From Spirogloea muscicola (Eukaryota): a DNA stretch of 20,000 nucleotides. The DNA lies in NCBI GenBank assembly GCA_009602725.1, contig WELB01000022.1, forward strand, positions 352,776-372,775. The letters are read 5' to 3'. Within the stretch, counting starts at the first letter, position 1. The number at the start of each line of letters is the position of its first letter. A model generated the notes under the pieces. The model saw nothing but the letters and a program-made list of their open reading frames with translations. It did not search any database and was not told where the DNA came from. Made by a program: the position numbers and the translations under genes. This document shows, in pieces, positions 1-10,424 of the stretch.

Positions 1-428
1 GCACACCTTCCCTCCTCTCATTCTCTTCCTTACACAACGTACTGGCTTGCTCTGGTCTCCCTCTCCATTTATGCGCACCTTCTCCGACAATGACCTTTAT
101 CGGATCTCAGCAGCCGCTTGTCTCGCCTCACAGCCCTCACCGCGCCAGGGCTTGCGAGGCCGACAAGGCAAATACCACCGGCCACAGGAAATGTCGTCGA
201 GGATCAGCTGCTGCGGCGGCCGCCTGCTTGAACGAGAGAGCTCTTCCTAGAGGGAGCGACGGCTATGGAAGGCCAGCCCAAAAGCAAGGAAGTGAGCTCT
301 TCCGAAGAGCTAAAAGAGTCCTATACTCCCAAAAAAAAAAGTCGTGTATTTGAAACAATCGAAGGCCAATAAGGCCAAGTACAAAGGCAAGCACATCTCA
401 TGACATAGCAGCTAGCATCTAGCAGCTT

Positions 429-1690
429 CTGGAGCTGCTAGAGGAGTGGGGCAGCAGCAGTGGCAGGAGGAATGGAGGGGGGGGAAAAGAGGGCCGGAAG
501 TGCCAACTGCGGCCTTGTCGATCTGTCCTGCTGGAGCTGCTAGAGGAGTGAGGCAGCAGTACTAGCAGGAGGGATGGCAGGGGGGGGAAGGAGGGCCAAA
601 AGTGCCGATGAGGGCCTTGTCGACCTGGCCTGGCAGCAGAGGCAGGAGGAGGGTTGGCGGGGGGAGGAAGGAGGGCCGGCTGCTAGAGGAGTGAGGCAGC
701 AGCAGTAGCAGGAGGAACGGAGGGGGGGGAGAAAGAGGGCCGGAAGTGCCAATTGGGGCCTTGTCGACCTGTCCTGCTGGGGCTGCTAGAGGAGGAGTGG
801 GGCAGCAGCAGTAGCAGGAGGGATGGCCAGGGGGGGGAGGAGGCCNNNNNNNNNNNNNNNNNNNNNNNNNNNNNNNNNNNNNNNNNNNNNNNNNNNNNNN
901 NNNNNNNNNNNNNNNNNNNNNNNNNNNNNNNNNNNNNNNNNNNNNNNNNNNNNNNNNNNNNNNNNNNNNNNNNNNNNNNNNNNNNNNNNNNNNNNNNNNN
1001 NNNNNNNNNNNNNNNNNNNNNNNNNNNNNNNNNNNNNNNNNNNNNNNNNNNNNNNNNNNNNNNNNNNNNNNNNNNNNNNNNNNNNNNNNNNNNNNNNNNN
1101 NNNNNNNNNNNNNNNNNNNNNNNNNNNNNNNNNNNNNNNNNNNNNNNNNNNNNNNNNNNNNNNNNNNNNNNNNNNNNNNNNNNNNNNNNNNNNNNNNNNN
1201 NNNNNNNNNNNNNNNNNNNNNNNNNNNNNNNNNNNNNNNNNNNNNNNNNNNNNNNNNNNNNNNNNNNNNNNNNNNNNNNNNNNNNNNNNNNNNNNNNNNN
1301 NNNNNNNNNNNNNNNNNNNNNNNNNNNNNNNNNNNNNNNNNNNNNNNNNNNNNNNNNNNNNNNNNNNNNNNNNNNNNNNNNNNNNNNNNNNNNNNNNNNN
1401 NNNNNNNNNNNNNNNNNNNNNNNNNNNNNNNNNNNNNNNNNNNNNNNNNNNNNNNNNGGAAGTGCCATTGAGGGCCTTGTCGGCCTGGCCTGCGTCCGCT
1501 TCAGGAGCTGCTAGAGGAGGGGAGCAGCAGCAGTGGCTGGAGGGATGGCGGGGGTGGGAAGGATGCCAGAAATGCCGATAGAGGCCTTGTCGACCCGTCC
1601 TGCGTCCGCTTCTGGGGCTGCTGGAGGAGTGGGAAGCAGCAGCTGTGGCAGGAGGGTAGCGGGGGTGGGAGGGAGGGTCGGCAGTGCCGG
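429..1690. repeat. Degenerate G-rich tandem repeat array (~100-110 bp unit), interrupted by an assembly gap
   Basis: The unit CTGGAGCTGCTAGAGGAGTGGGGCAGCAGCAG...GGGCCGGAAGTGCC...GGCCTTGTCGACCTG recurs starting near 429, 531, 678 and 777. It resumes after the gap at 1459 (partial), ~1502 and ~1612. The first two units are 102 bp apart. Confidence 0.9.
846..1458. other. Assembly gap (613 N)
   Basis: Run of N flanked on both sides by the same tandem repeat. Confidence 0.99.
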
Positions 1691-1734
1691 GGCAGCCAAG
1701 AGCAGGGTGGCCGAAGGGACAGCACGAGCGAAGG

Positions 1735-2125
1735 TGACTTGGAAAGCTCGGCAGCCGGCAAGGCGCCCGGGGGTGGGAGGAGGGGCGGGGCTTGGCGCAG
1801 CCTTGAGCGGGTCGCCCAAGGGAGCGGCGGGGCCTGGCACAGCGATGGCGGGGGCGCCGAGGGGGACTGGGGCCGCCGCCGTCGCCGTTGCCGGGCGCCA
1901 CAACGGTCGGGGGCAGAAGAAAGGCCTGAGGAGGATGACTGGTGGAGCTCGGCAGCCGGCAAGGCGGCGCCCGTGGGGGGCCCCGGAGCCTGGCACGGCC
2001 ATGAGCGCGGCGGAGCGAGCGCGCCAGCCGGCGGCGGCAGGGAGCAATGCGGCCGCCGCCGTCGCCGCCGGCGGCGGCGACGGCGGCGGCGCGAGCGGCG
2101 GGCGCGGGCGCCCAACGGTCGGAAG
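1735..2125. repeat. Imperfect ~200-bp tandem duplication
   Basis: Shared blocks occur in the same order: AGCTCGGCAGCCGGCAAGGCG at 1745 and 1946, GCCTGGCAC at ~1832 and ~1988, GGCCGCCGCCGTCGCCG at 1871 and 2051, CAACGGTCGG at 1901 and 2113. Confidence 0.8.
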
Positions 2126-2308
2126 CGGGCAAGGGCCGTCCCAAAGGAGAAAAGCGCGCCCACAGAAAAGAGGGGCTGGCCAAGCCAGCCCAAAAAAGAA
2201 TGGACAATGTCCAAAGCCAAAGCAAGAGGAGCCGGAGAAAGGACTACACTACAACATACTGCAGAACACAGAAACGATGCAGAGGAAAGCTCAGTACCCA
2301 CGAGTGAG

Positions 2309-2569
2309 CAACATCAGGTCATAGTAGCTCGCTGCAGGGAAAGAGGCGCTCCGCCGAGACCCAGAGGCGGCGGCCATAGCACGGCCTGCGCGCGTATGGA
2401 CGGCGTGGGCGAGGGAGCGTTGAAGCGATACGGCCAGGCGCATGCGGAAGACTTGTGCGAGCGACCCGGCGGCGTTGAAGCCGGGCATCGCCCCTGGCAG
2501 ACCCGGCCGCCGGTTAATGGACAACATCAGGTCTGAGTAGCTCGCTGCAGGGAAAGAGGCGCTCCGCCG
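2309..2569. repeat. 48-bp direct repeat pair (46/48 identical) flanking 165 bp
   Basis: CAACATCAGGTC(AT/TG)AGTAGCTCGCTGCAGGGAAAGAGGCGCTCCGCCG at 2309-2356 and 2522-2569. Confidence 0.9.
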
Positions 2570-3105
2570 CCCAAAGGAGCTCTTTCCAAAGAGTGGACAA
2601 GGTCCTTCTATTAGAGGTTTCCCTTGGTGATTCCTGCAGCCTCCTTGCGTGGAACAGCTCTTCCAGTGTTAGTAAGAGGCCAGCCCAAACGAATGAATGT
2701 CTGACGCCCCTCGTCACGCCAGGCGCTCTCTGTCTTTTGGCCGGGCGCCAGGCAAAGAAGCAGCTCATCCAAGGGGGCGAGGGCTGTAAAGGATCAGCCC
2801 ACAAAAGAATGACAAAGGTCACCCCTGATTCCGCTGTTGCACCGGGCAGAAGCACCGATGTCCAATATCTGTGCCAACTCAGGCACAGGGTACTGCTTGG
2901 CTGTGGGTGACAGCCGCAATAGAGAGTGTACAGCCCCAGGACTGGGGCCTCAACGCCCAGGATCGGACGGAAATGCTATAGTAGTCTTAGAAGCAGTGGC
3001 GAGGAGCAGTCTTGGCAGGTCCGGGCCATTATGTCGAGTGATTGTCAAATTAGGCCCATGTTCAGGACCATGTTCATCAGGCTGCTGAGCAGCAAAGGTT
3101 ACATC

Positions 3106-6100
3106 TCACAAAACATTGCGTGGTGGCCTAAGCTCGTGCGGCACACCTACCGCTAGGTCAGGCCTCTCCCTTATTTGCAAGGTGGCCGCGTCCGCAATGT
3201 GCGTCCGAGTTGGTGTCTCCATCCGGTAGCTGGGATCCGCCCGCTCGTATGACACCTCCCCAAAATTTTCGCAAGATAAGGTGGCTCCGTAGCACCACTC
3301 TCCTCTTGCATGGTCTCGGCGTGCTGTCAAGGAGCCATGGAATCACAAGCCCAGGCCGCCAGGCACAAGTGAGCACTTGAGGTTGGCTAATGAGCACTTT
3401 AGAGGTTGCCAGCTGCCAGAAATTAGGATCAAATGTGGCAACGGAAGACAAGCATTCCTGACAGAAGGCGAAAAGAAGAGCACAATCTCAGTACAGAATG
3501 ATGCTTTTGGAAGAGAGAGAGCAAGACATAGACTACCTGCCAGCGCTAGCGTGAAGGAGGGCTGCCACCATGACTTCAGCGCTAGCACTGCTCCCGAGCT
3601 CCTGGTGCCCACTTTGCCCTGATTACAACAGGCAACTCAGTGCCTGACGAGCATCCACTCTGTGATGTGCCGCATACAGACTGGAGCTCAAAAGATCGCC
3701 AGCACTATCAGCCAAAGGACTGGGTACAAGCGTGTATTACTTTGACCAAAGTGCCCTTGTTGGCTTGCCAGGATGCTGCCAGCTGTACTCCCGGCAGTGT
3801 GGTACACCCTAACGGCAAGACAGAAGGCGTGTCTGTCTCCAGGTCATGCGATATCTCCAAGCCCACATCAAGGTAATTGGTTATGCCAACGACACCTTCA
3901 ACCTCAAATGGATTATGAACCTGTCAGCAGCAAATCAGAAGTGCTTATGTCAATCATTGGCCTGGCACAAAATGTTGACAAGATTGTCTACAAACAGAAT
4001 TTTGACTTGATGCGTGGACTGGTAGCTGCACAAATGAGGTTACCTGACGTTGGACAATAAGGTGATGAAAGTAAGATGCCACAAGCTGCAGCAGAATCAA
4101 ACAGGACATACTGAGAGCACCGTGAGTTCTTCACTTGAGCAGCCTGCCAGCAGTTTACTTCTTGAACAAATGCCAGCTTTCCCAATCATACCCAATCATG
4201 CTGTCATTGGACCACCAGCACATAGGACCATCTAATGACACTTGTGGGACCCTGACTACCCTTCATGCTAAATGTCCTGAAGAACAGCCAGAAGAAAGAT
4301 AGGATTAAAGCCTACTCAATATAATGACGCCCAGAAACGATACCTCTCAGTGTACTTGAAGATATGAAGTTGCAAGTAACCTACCGTGGCACCACGCTGA
4401 AGCTCAAAACTGAATTCAAAACCAGGTGTGAGGACCATGCGATTAGGCGTTCCGTAGCTTATGGCAAAGCTCCAGTGCCTAGGATCTCTGACGTTGAGCA
4501 TGTCACCTGCAATGACGAACAAAAGCTGTACTCTGTTCTATATAACTGTTGCAAATAATTGACCTCAGTGCTCTTCACCCGTGCGAGCCAGTGAAGCGAA
4601 TCTCATCTATATATGGAATTGCTGATCTCTGCTCAGCAAGCCAGATTGGATGTGTATCATACCAATGGGGTGGAATTGGGCTCCAGCTGTCACACGATCA
4701 TATCTTGACACCAGCCATGCCTTGCTTGGCATTGTCTCCGCTAAAGTATTGATGTAGGAGATGCAAACAGATCAAAGAAGGATAGTGTCGGTAGCAGCTA
4801 GATGATGCTGGACATCTACAAGGACATTCTCTGCAGGCACTGCCCCTGCAGTGTCTAATTACGTGCATCATGCCTCAGACATCCACATGTACTGTTACAA
4901 TGGAAGCTTTGGAGATATTTCAAGTACCTCCGTAGGGGCTGATAGATCCGCCTATTGACACCTGGCTTGTCCCATACCTAAGGCCTACAGCTCCAGTGGA
5001 GTCCAAGGGGTTATAGACTTGGTCACTGAGCAACACAAGTAAGGGCTCACGATTAGGTTTCAGATATTGGTCCACATTCCACCGATTTCGGAGGACAACT
5101 AAGTCTTGGATTGCACGAAGGCATGACTTACCTAGAGGATGTAATAAGTACCTTGACTTTGCCAGCAATGGAAGGATGGCAAAACTTCCAAGACCAAGCT
5201 TGTCATTGAAGGAACACAATTGGACTTGAACGTGCCTGGTGCAGATTCAGACCGACAAGACATTGGGGTGAATGGACTTGCATCAGGCTGCTCTTACAGG
5301 ATGTAGGATTGGTCAAACCGATCTGATGTATCTAAAAGAGGCATGTAACAGAGACATTGGAGGTATTATGTCAAGTGCTTTGGCACAACCAAACTGCTTT
5401 AACAGCTCTGCATGCCTCTGCAGCCTACCTTGTACTGATTATAGGTCAGAATACGCACTTCTTTGGATCCGAAGAGATGCTCAACTCGCCAAAAGTGTCA
5501 TAGTCATACTCATTCCTGTTCAGGTATACAATACAGCTACCACAGCCGTTAATATATCTCTGAGTTCTGGATGGAAGATGCATGTGAGTGGCGTTAGTAA
5601 AAAGTTACACTGGAGACCACACACTCTGACTCATGTGATTGCATACACTGTTTATGCTTGAAAAAACATGCTCGTTGAAGCATGTAGCCAGAATTGTTGG
5701 GAGAGTACCGTTGCCATCGGAAGGTAGCATCACCTTCAATTTCTTCCACTGCTTGTCGCTTCACGCTGTATGGCACTTGTACCTGCACCATTGAAAGCTA
5801 CTTGATGCTCAGAAGCGAAAGTCTGACACAATAAATAAGTGTGACTCTCATGTCAAGTAAGCAGCTCACTTGACCCACTTTTGCACATGCAAATCGAAGC
5901 TGCTGTTGATGTTTGAAGTGCCAAGTAGCTGAAGAGCAACCACAACATGCTGCAGTGCTGGACTAAGGCTAGACCTTCTAGATAGATGAGATTGAAGGCC
6001 TCACAGTGCAATGATGGAGTCAGCGATGGTATAGTCAGTGCGCACCTCTGCTGTAATGTCCACTTGAGGATCATCGGGGGGCTGTAGCACAAGCCTGCCC

Positions 6101-6467
6101 ACAAATGGTGCAGTGTCGGCAAAGTACATCTCCAGCAGCCGATGCCTGACCAGCTTGCTGAATTGCACGTCATATGCCGACTCCAACATCCTGGCCGTTT
6201 GCCACGAGCTGAAGTGTCAGCAAGTTCCTGCAGCTCTGCAAGACGTGCATGCTGTCGTCTCTGCAGCCGCTCCTTCTCAGCGCAGTTGAGTCAATGTTGG
6301 AGCTGTTGAGAAAACGCATTGCTCATGGATAGCATTGACAGTGTAAGCAGGCTAGCGAGTGGGACGTACCGCGTCCTCATGTACAGGTTCCGGTCAAAGA
6401 GTGGAGGAACAAGGACGACTTTTGGCGGCGGCTCCTTGCCCTGGAGCGTCGACAGAAGGGCGCCCAT
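3106..6467 (-). CDS. OM47: OM47-like plant mitochondrial outer-membrane beta-barrel protein, 12 exons, 425 aa
   Basis: Phase-consistent GT-AG exons: 6467-6370, 6190-6046, 5782-5709, 5515-5459, 5235-5152, 5025-4928, 4740-4663, 4506-4385, 4085-4044, 3920-3741, 3618-3537, 3323-3106 (1278 nt). Motifs KEPPPKVVLVPPLFD..RTRMLESAY, DDPQVD, FRWQ, VGITNYLDVGLE, AASWQANK, KSWWQPSFT, SYERADP and the C-terminal GVPHELRP match my recollection of the Arabidopsis At3g27930/OM47 family. An alternative first exon is possible (see findings). Confidence 0.85.
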
Positions 6468-6950
6468 GGCAGCCGCTTCAGGGGCGCCGCCGCCACCGAG
6501 AGTGCTGAGGGGCGGCGAGCACGGCGGCGGCGGGGCAGCCCGGCCAGGCCCGCCGCGGCAGCGGCAGCTCCACTTGGGAGTAGCGGCTCGGACTCGGCCC
6601 GATCGACGTCGTGGGTGATACTCACCGTCAGAGCCCGTCGACTGGTCGTTGCGCGCGGCCGACTTTCTCGATGGCCGTCAGCTGAGTTGCCCATGTCCAT
6701 GAACGTCGGTCGAGTGGTGGTATTCCAGCGTCAACAGTGCTTCCTTTTCAGAAGCATTTTCAGACGGGCTCGTTCTCCCAGTCCTGGCCCCCCAGCACCG
6801 CCGCGCGCGCGGGCCAGCAGGCGGCTGCTCCTGCCGCGCGCCGCGATAGCCGCCGCACCTCCCGAAGGCCTCGGCGCCGCGTCACACCCGCCTCCACTGG
6901 CTTCCCCGGCATAGCGCCGCTTGCACCGTCGGCACGCTGCAGCCGCAGCC

Positions 6951-8072
6951 ATGACGGAGGCGGCGATCCGCGCCCGCAAGGGCATGAAGACGGTGAAGGA
7001 GATGCCGCTGCTGCAGGACGGCCCGCCGCCCGGCGGCTTCCCCGGTAGGGCCTCAGTCCCGACCCCCAGACTTGACTGTGCACTTTCTCCAAGCCTGTTG
7101 AGCTTTCTGGCGGGCAGGTGCCACCTCTCGGTACTGTGGCTGCGCGCCCTTGCCCAGGTCGGGACGTGCCTAACGGCCGTCATCCCTCTGTGCCCTGGCA
7201 CAGCCGTGCGCTATGCTCGAAACATCCCCAACACAGGGCCAAGCGGCACTGCGCTCGTTCTCGGCGCGACCTTGTTGATCTCATGGGGCTTTTACCGCGT
7301 CGGGCAAGGCAACATTTATCGAAGGTGCGCGCTTGTCACAATGGCTTGGCAATAGCTTCACGGTCTTCAGAGGCAATGTGTGCTTGCTCTTTCAAGGGCA
7401 GCTACTTTTACAGGTGCCACACGCCTTGACGGGATAATTTGTGCTGTGATTGCGGACTCCAACCGTCGCATACCATGATGCCCAGAGAAGCTCCAACAGG
7501 ATGGGCGGGGGGAGCTCACAGAGTTTGCATCGAGCCTCACTTTGACAAACTAGATTTTGGTATTTCCAGGGGTTTGAAGAAGGAGAAAATGGACGCAAGG
7601 AAAGCAATACTGCCAGTGATTCAGGCTGAGGAAGATGCTAGGTGCACAGCCACTCTACCTACAGGCACCTGTATTATGCATTGACCATGACAATGGCTAG
7701 GGCACCAAAATGACTGACAAGACCATCGTCTTGAACGACAGCTTGACTGTATACGCTTGATGCTCTCGTTAAGCATACTGCCAAGCCAACAATCTAATGT
7801 TCACCTGTTTCGCAGATTGTCCCTTGTAATCTCATTGGTCCATGTCAACTCCAACTAGGACACAGCAAGCTATATCATTGAAACAATTCCTGCTTATGCA
7901 CCCTGACAATCTGAAGAGGCCTTGCTGCAGGTATCTGAAAGAGCGGCAGCAATTTCTGGATGAGGAGACCAAAATCATGAGCAAAGTTCCTGGTTGGAAG
8001 GCAGGGGAGAGTGTGTATAGCTCAGGCCGATGGATGCCGCCATCTACTGGAAGACTAACACAATTATACTAA
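6951..8072 (+). CDS. NDUFA13: NADH:ubiquinone oxidoreductase (complex I) subunit B16.6 / GRIM-19, 4 exons, 142 aa
   Basis: Exons 6951-7044, 7204-7324, 7570-7641, 7931-8072 (429 nt), all GT-AG. Diagnostic motifs: MPLLQDGPPPGGFP-AVRYARNIPNTGPSG, a single TM segment, ARKAILPVIQAEED, MSKVPGWKAGESVY..GRWMPP. Confidence 0.96.
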
Positions 8073-8859
8073 GCTTATAAGGCAGGTTTACTGATAAAGC
8101 CATCACTACCTCTGTGACACTGATAATCATAAGTGTGGCACTCAACTCATCATATACTCGACAGCCAGCAAGAGTGCATCTTTGCCAACACAACTCGTGC
8201 AGAGAAATAGAAGAAAGCCTGACTTTGTGTCACATGTATCCTCGTCTTGGCCTCTCTGGTCTGCTAGAGTAAGTAGCCTAACCGGCCTCACCATGTTCAA
8301 CAGGCGCCAGCTTCAGTACTGGCAGTAATAAGGCATGACTCCAGGCTGCCGCTTCTAACCGTTGGAAGTCAAGAGGGTTGTAAGCATTTCAAATGTTTAC
8401 CTTCCGACCAGCATACGCGCTCCAAGAGATATTAATGCCTTTCTTGAGTAGCCTTGCCTGATACCCTCTTTCCTGTGGTCAGCTATTTGCTGCTGCTGGC
8501 AGCTTCTCTTTCCAGCAATCTTGACATGGCCTCCTGATGACGTGCAAGTGAGCTTGTGCTAGATGCTATATGGTGGTGGCACTGGCGCACACACACGGCA
8601 GTGTCACCCACAGGCAGCCTGTTAGCCTGTTCATTGTGGGTAGTCAGCATGAGCAGGGCGGCCACTTGAGGTGGTGGTCACAATGAGTCTTGAGCAGTAC
8701 AAATCCTTGAGCTGCCTGTTGCATTTGCCCACTCTCCTCGAACATCCAGTCTACACATGAACAGCCTACACATTGACCAGGTCCGGCTTAACGGAGTTGC
8801 TAATATTGCGGCGTAAGGGGGGGCTGCAGTCACCTCTTGGTGAAATAATGTATCGTAGT

Positions 8860-9830
8860 CTAGCTGGCTGGGGGAGCCCAATTGGAGTCTCTCTGATCAA
8901 GCACCTCATCAGAAGGATGGGAGACATACTGCACCACGAGCTTCAGCAAAGCTTCATCAACTCCATACTTGTTCGCCAGTTGTGCTACTTTGGAGGGCTC
9001 CAAGGCATACTCCCTGAGCAGCTCACGAAGCTGGATTGCATTGACTTTGCCATGCTCCACTTGCGCGTCGTCTTGCAGGCCTGTTAGAGGGCCAGTACGT
9101 CTGTCCAGGGGTAATTGTCTTGGTCTCTAAAATGCACAATCAGAGACAAACTGGTAGTCAGAGGTATATTCACATCCTTCCCCAGTAGCCCTGCTTTGCT
9201 GTCTCCTCTGTTCTGCTTTTACAGACCAATCCTCTACGGATTCTCACAGCAAGCTGCACCATCGTTGCTTGCAAGGAGCAGCAGAACGCAGTAATTTGTA
9301 GCTTACTGCCGCTCCCTTTAGAGCTGGATCACCAGGTCGGGTCTGGATTGTGCCAGCAATCTGCTGCGTGAGAGTCTGGTAGTTAGCAGTAGACCTGTCC
9401 CACTCGCTAACGTCCTGCCCGGGCTCGATGATGGGTCCTGCAGCTCGGCAAGGAGAAGAACGTCATGAGTACTAGACCTCTACTATTCGCGTACATAGGT
9501 CTTGGAAGGATCACAGCTCGAACAGGTTCCGCAACAACCACTTGAGTTCCGAGGTGAACAAGCTGTTGTGAGTCAGTTTAGCTGGCGCGACCTTGGCCAT
9601 CCCAAAGTAAGGCAGTTTAAGATAACAACTGCGAGGATCGAAGGCGCAGTCTCACTGGATTCTGGAGGGGCCGGTCGAGCGGGCACGTCTGCTGCAGATC
9701 CCGGCCTGGGCGCAGGAGGTGCCGCAGGCTCCCCAAAGCTGGTCTCTAGGACGGTCTTGCGCTGCACCTTGGAAGCCTGCAGCTGCTGCGATACAGCTCT
9801 GCTGCCTACCCTGCTAGCCTGCTGGCCCAT
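8860..9830 (-). CDS. NDUFAF4: Probable NDUFAF4 (UPF0240)-like complex I assembly factor, 3 exons, 190 aa
   Basis: Exons 9830-9656, 9437-9307, 9126-8860 (573 nt, phases consistent). It starts MGQQASR, has a central YQTLTQQIAGTIQTRPG segment and a C-terminal helical region GKVNAIQLRELL...QLANKYGVDEALLKLVVQYVSHP resembling NDUFAF4 and its plant homologues. The gene structure is well supported; the family call is from memory. Confidence 0.65.
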
Positions 9831-10424
9831 CCTTGGCGATGCACGTCAGTGACAAGCCATGCCTTGCTGGCAGGTGCGCCGTCGCAGCAGTGCCGGTGTC
9901 GCGTCAGGCTCGATGCGCGGGCGCGTGTGCGGCTGGCGCTGGATGGGCGGCGGCCCCGCCGGCCAGGCGGTGCAGCGGCTTAGGCAAGCCGTGCGCTCAA
10001 GGCGCTCGTCTCAAAGGGGCGGAGCTGATTGCCAGAGAGCAACCTCAGCAGGGCGAGCGGGAGAGGAGGCGCAGGGAGAAACGAGTGCGGCTGCTGATAG
10101 TAGAAGAGCGGCTGTGAAAGCCAGCGAGATGCACAGAAAGAAGTGAGCTCTGCCCAGGGGGGGGCGGCGCAGCGACAGAAAGACCAGGCAGCCTGAAAGA
10201 GTGGACACGGGCCAAAAGCGCCGAAAGGCAGAAAAGGCACAGCCACCACTCCGCGCAGCAAGTGGCTACCCCGCACGGCTGCTCAGCCGCCAGGAAGGCG
10301 TCGGCCTGGCGTCGGGCGCCTGCGCGCCACGCGGCAGCCTGTGCGCGGCTCCGGGGCCGGCCGGCTGTGCCCGCTGGCCCCCCGTCGTTGCACCGGCTTT
10401 GGCCCGACCACTGTGGCCTCCTCC

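Noticed and set aside
294..311. GCTCTTCCGAAGAGC palindrome as a heat-shock element or terminator (similar ones at ~2578 and ~15396)
   Set aside because: The spacing does not fit nGAAnnTTCn and the loop is too short for a hairpin. Better explained as the start of the dispersed motif.
429..1690. Possible CRISPR array
   Set aside because: Whole units are similar to each other with no unique spacers, there are no cas genes, and the context is eukaryotic.
683..2225. Long ORFs spanning the N run (683-1468, 753-1514, 786-2225, 823-1581)
   Set aside because: They are open only because N translates as X, and their flanks are repeat-derived.
1501..2536. Overlapping Arg/Ala/Gly/Pro-rich ORFs on both strands
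   Set aside because: Expected in very GC-rich repeat DNA. I found no recognisable domain, transposase or RT motif, or consistent splice model.
4260..4311. Candidate OM47 exon (ALILSFFWLFF...) with AG/GT boundaries
   Set aside because: It breaks the phase. Exon 4085-4044 (LVASYFHHLIVQRQ) fits both the family motif and the phase.
8483..8881. Short minus-strand ORFs between NDUFA13 and NDUFAF4-like
   Set aside because: Non-ATG starts and no recognisable motifs; most simply 3' UTR sequence of the convergent genes.
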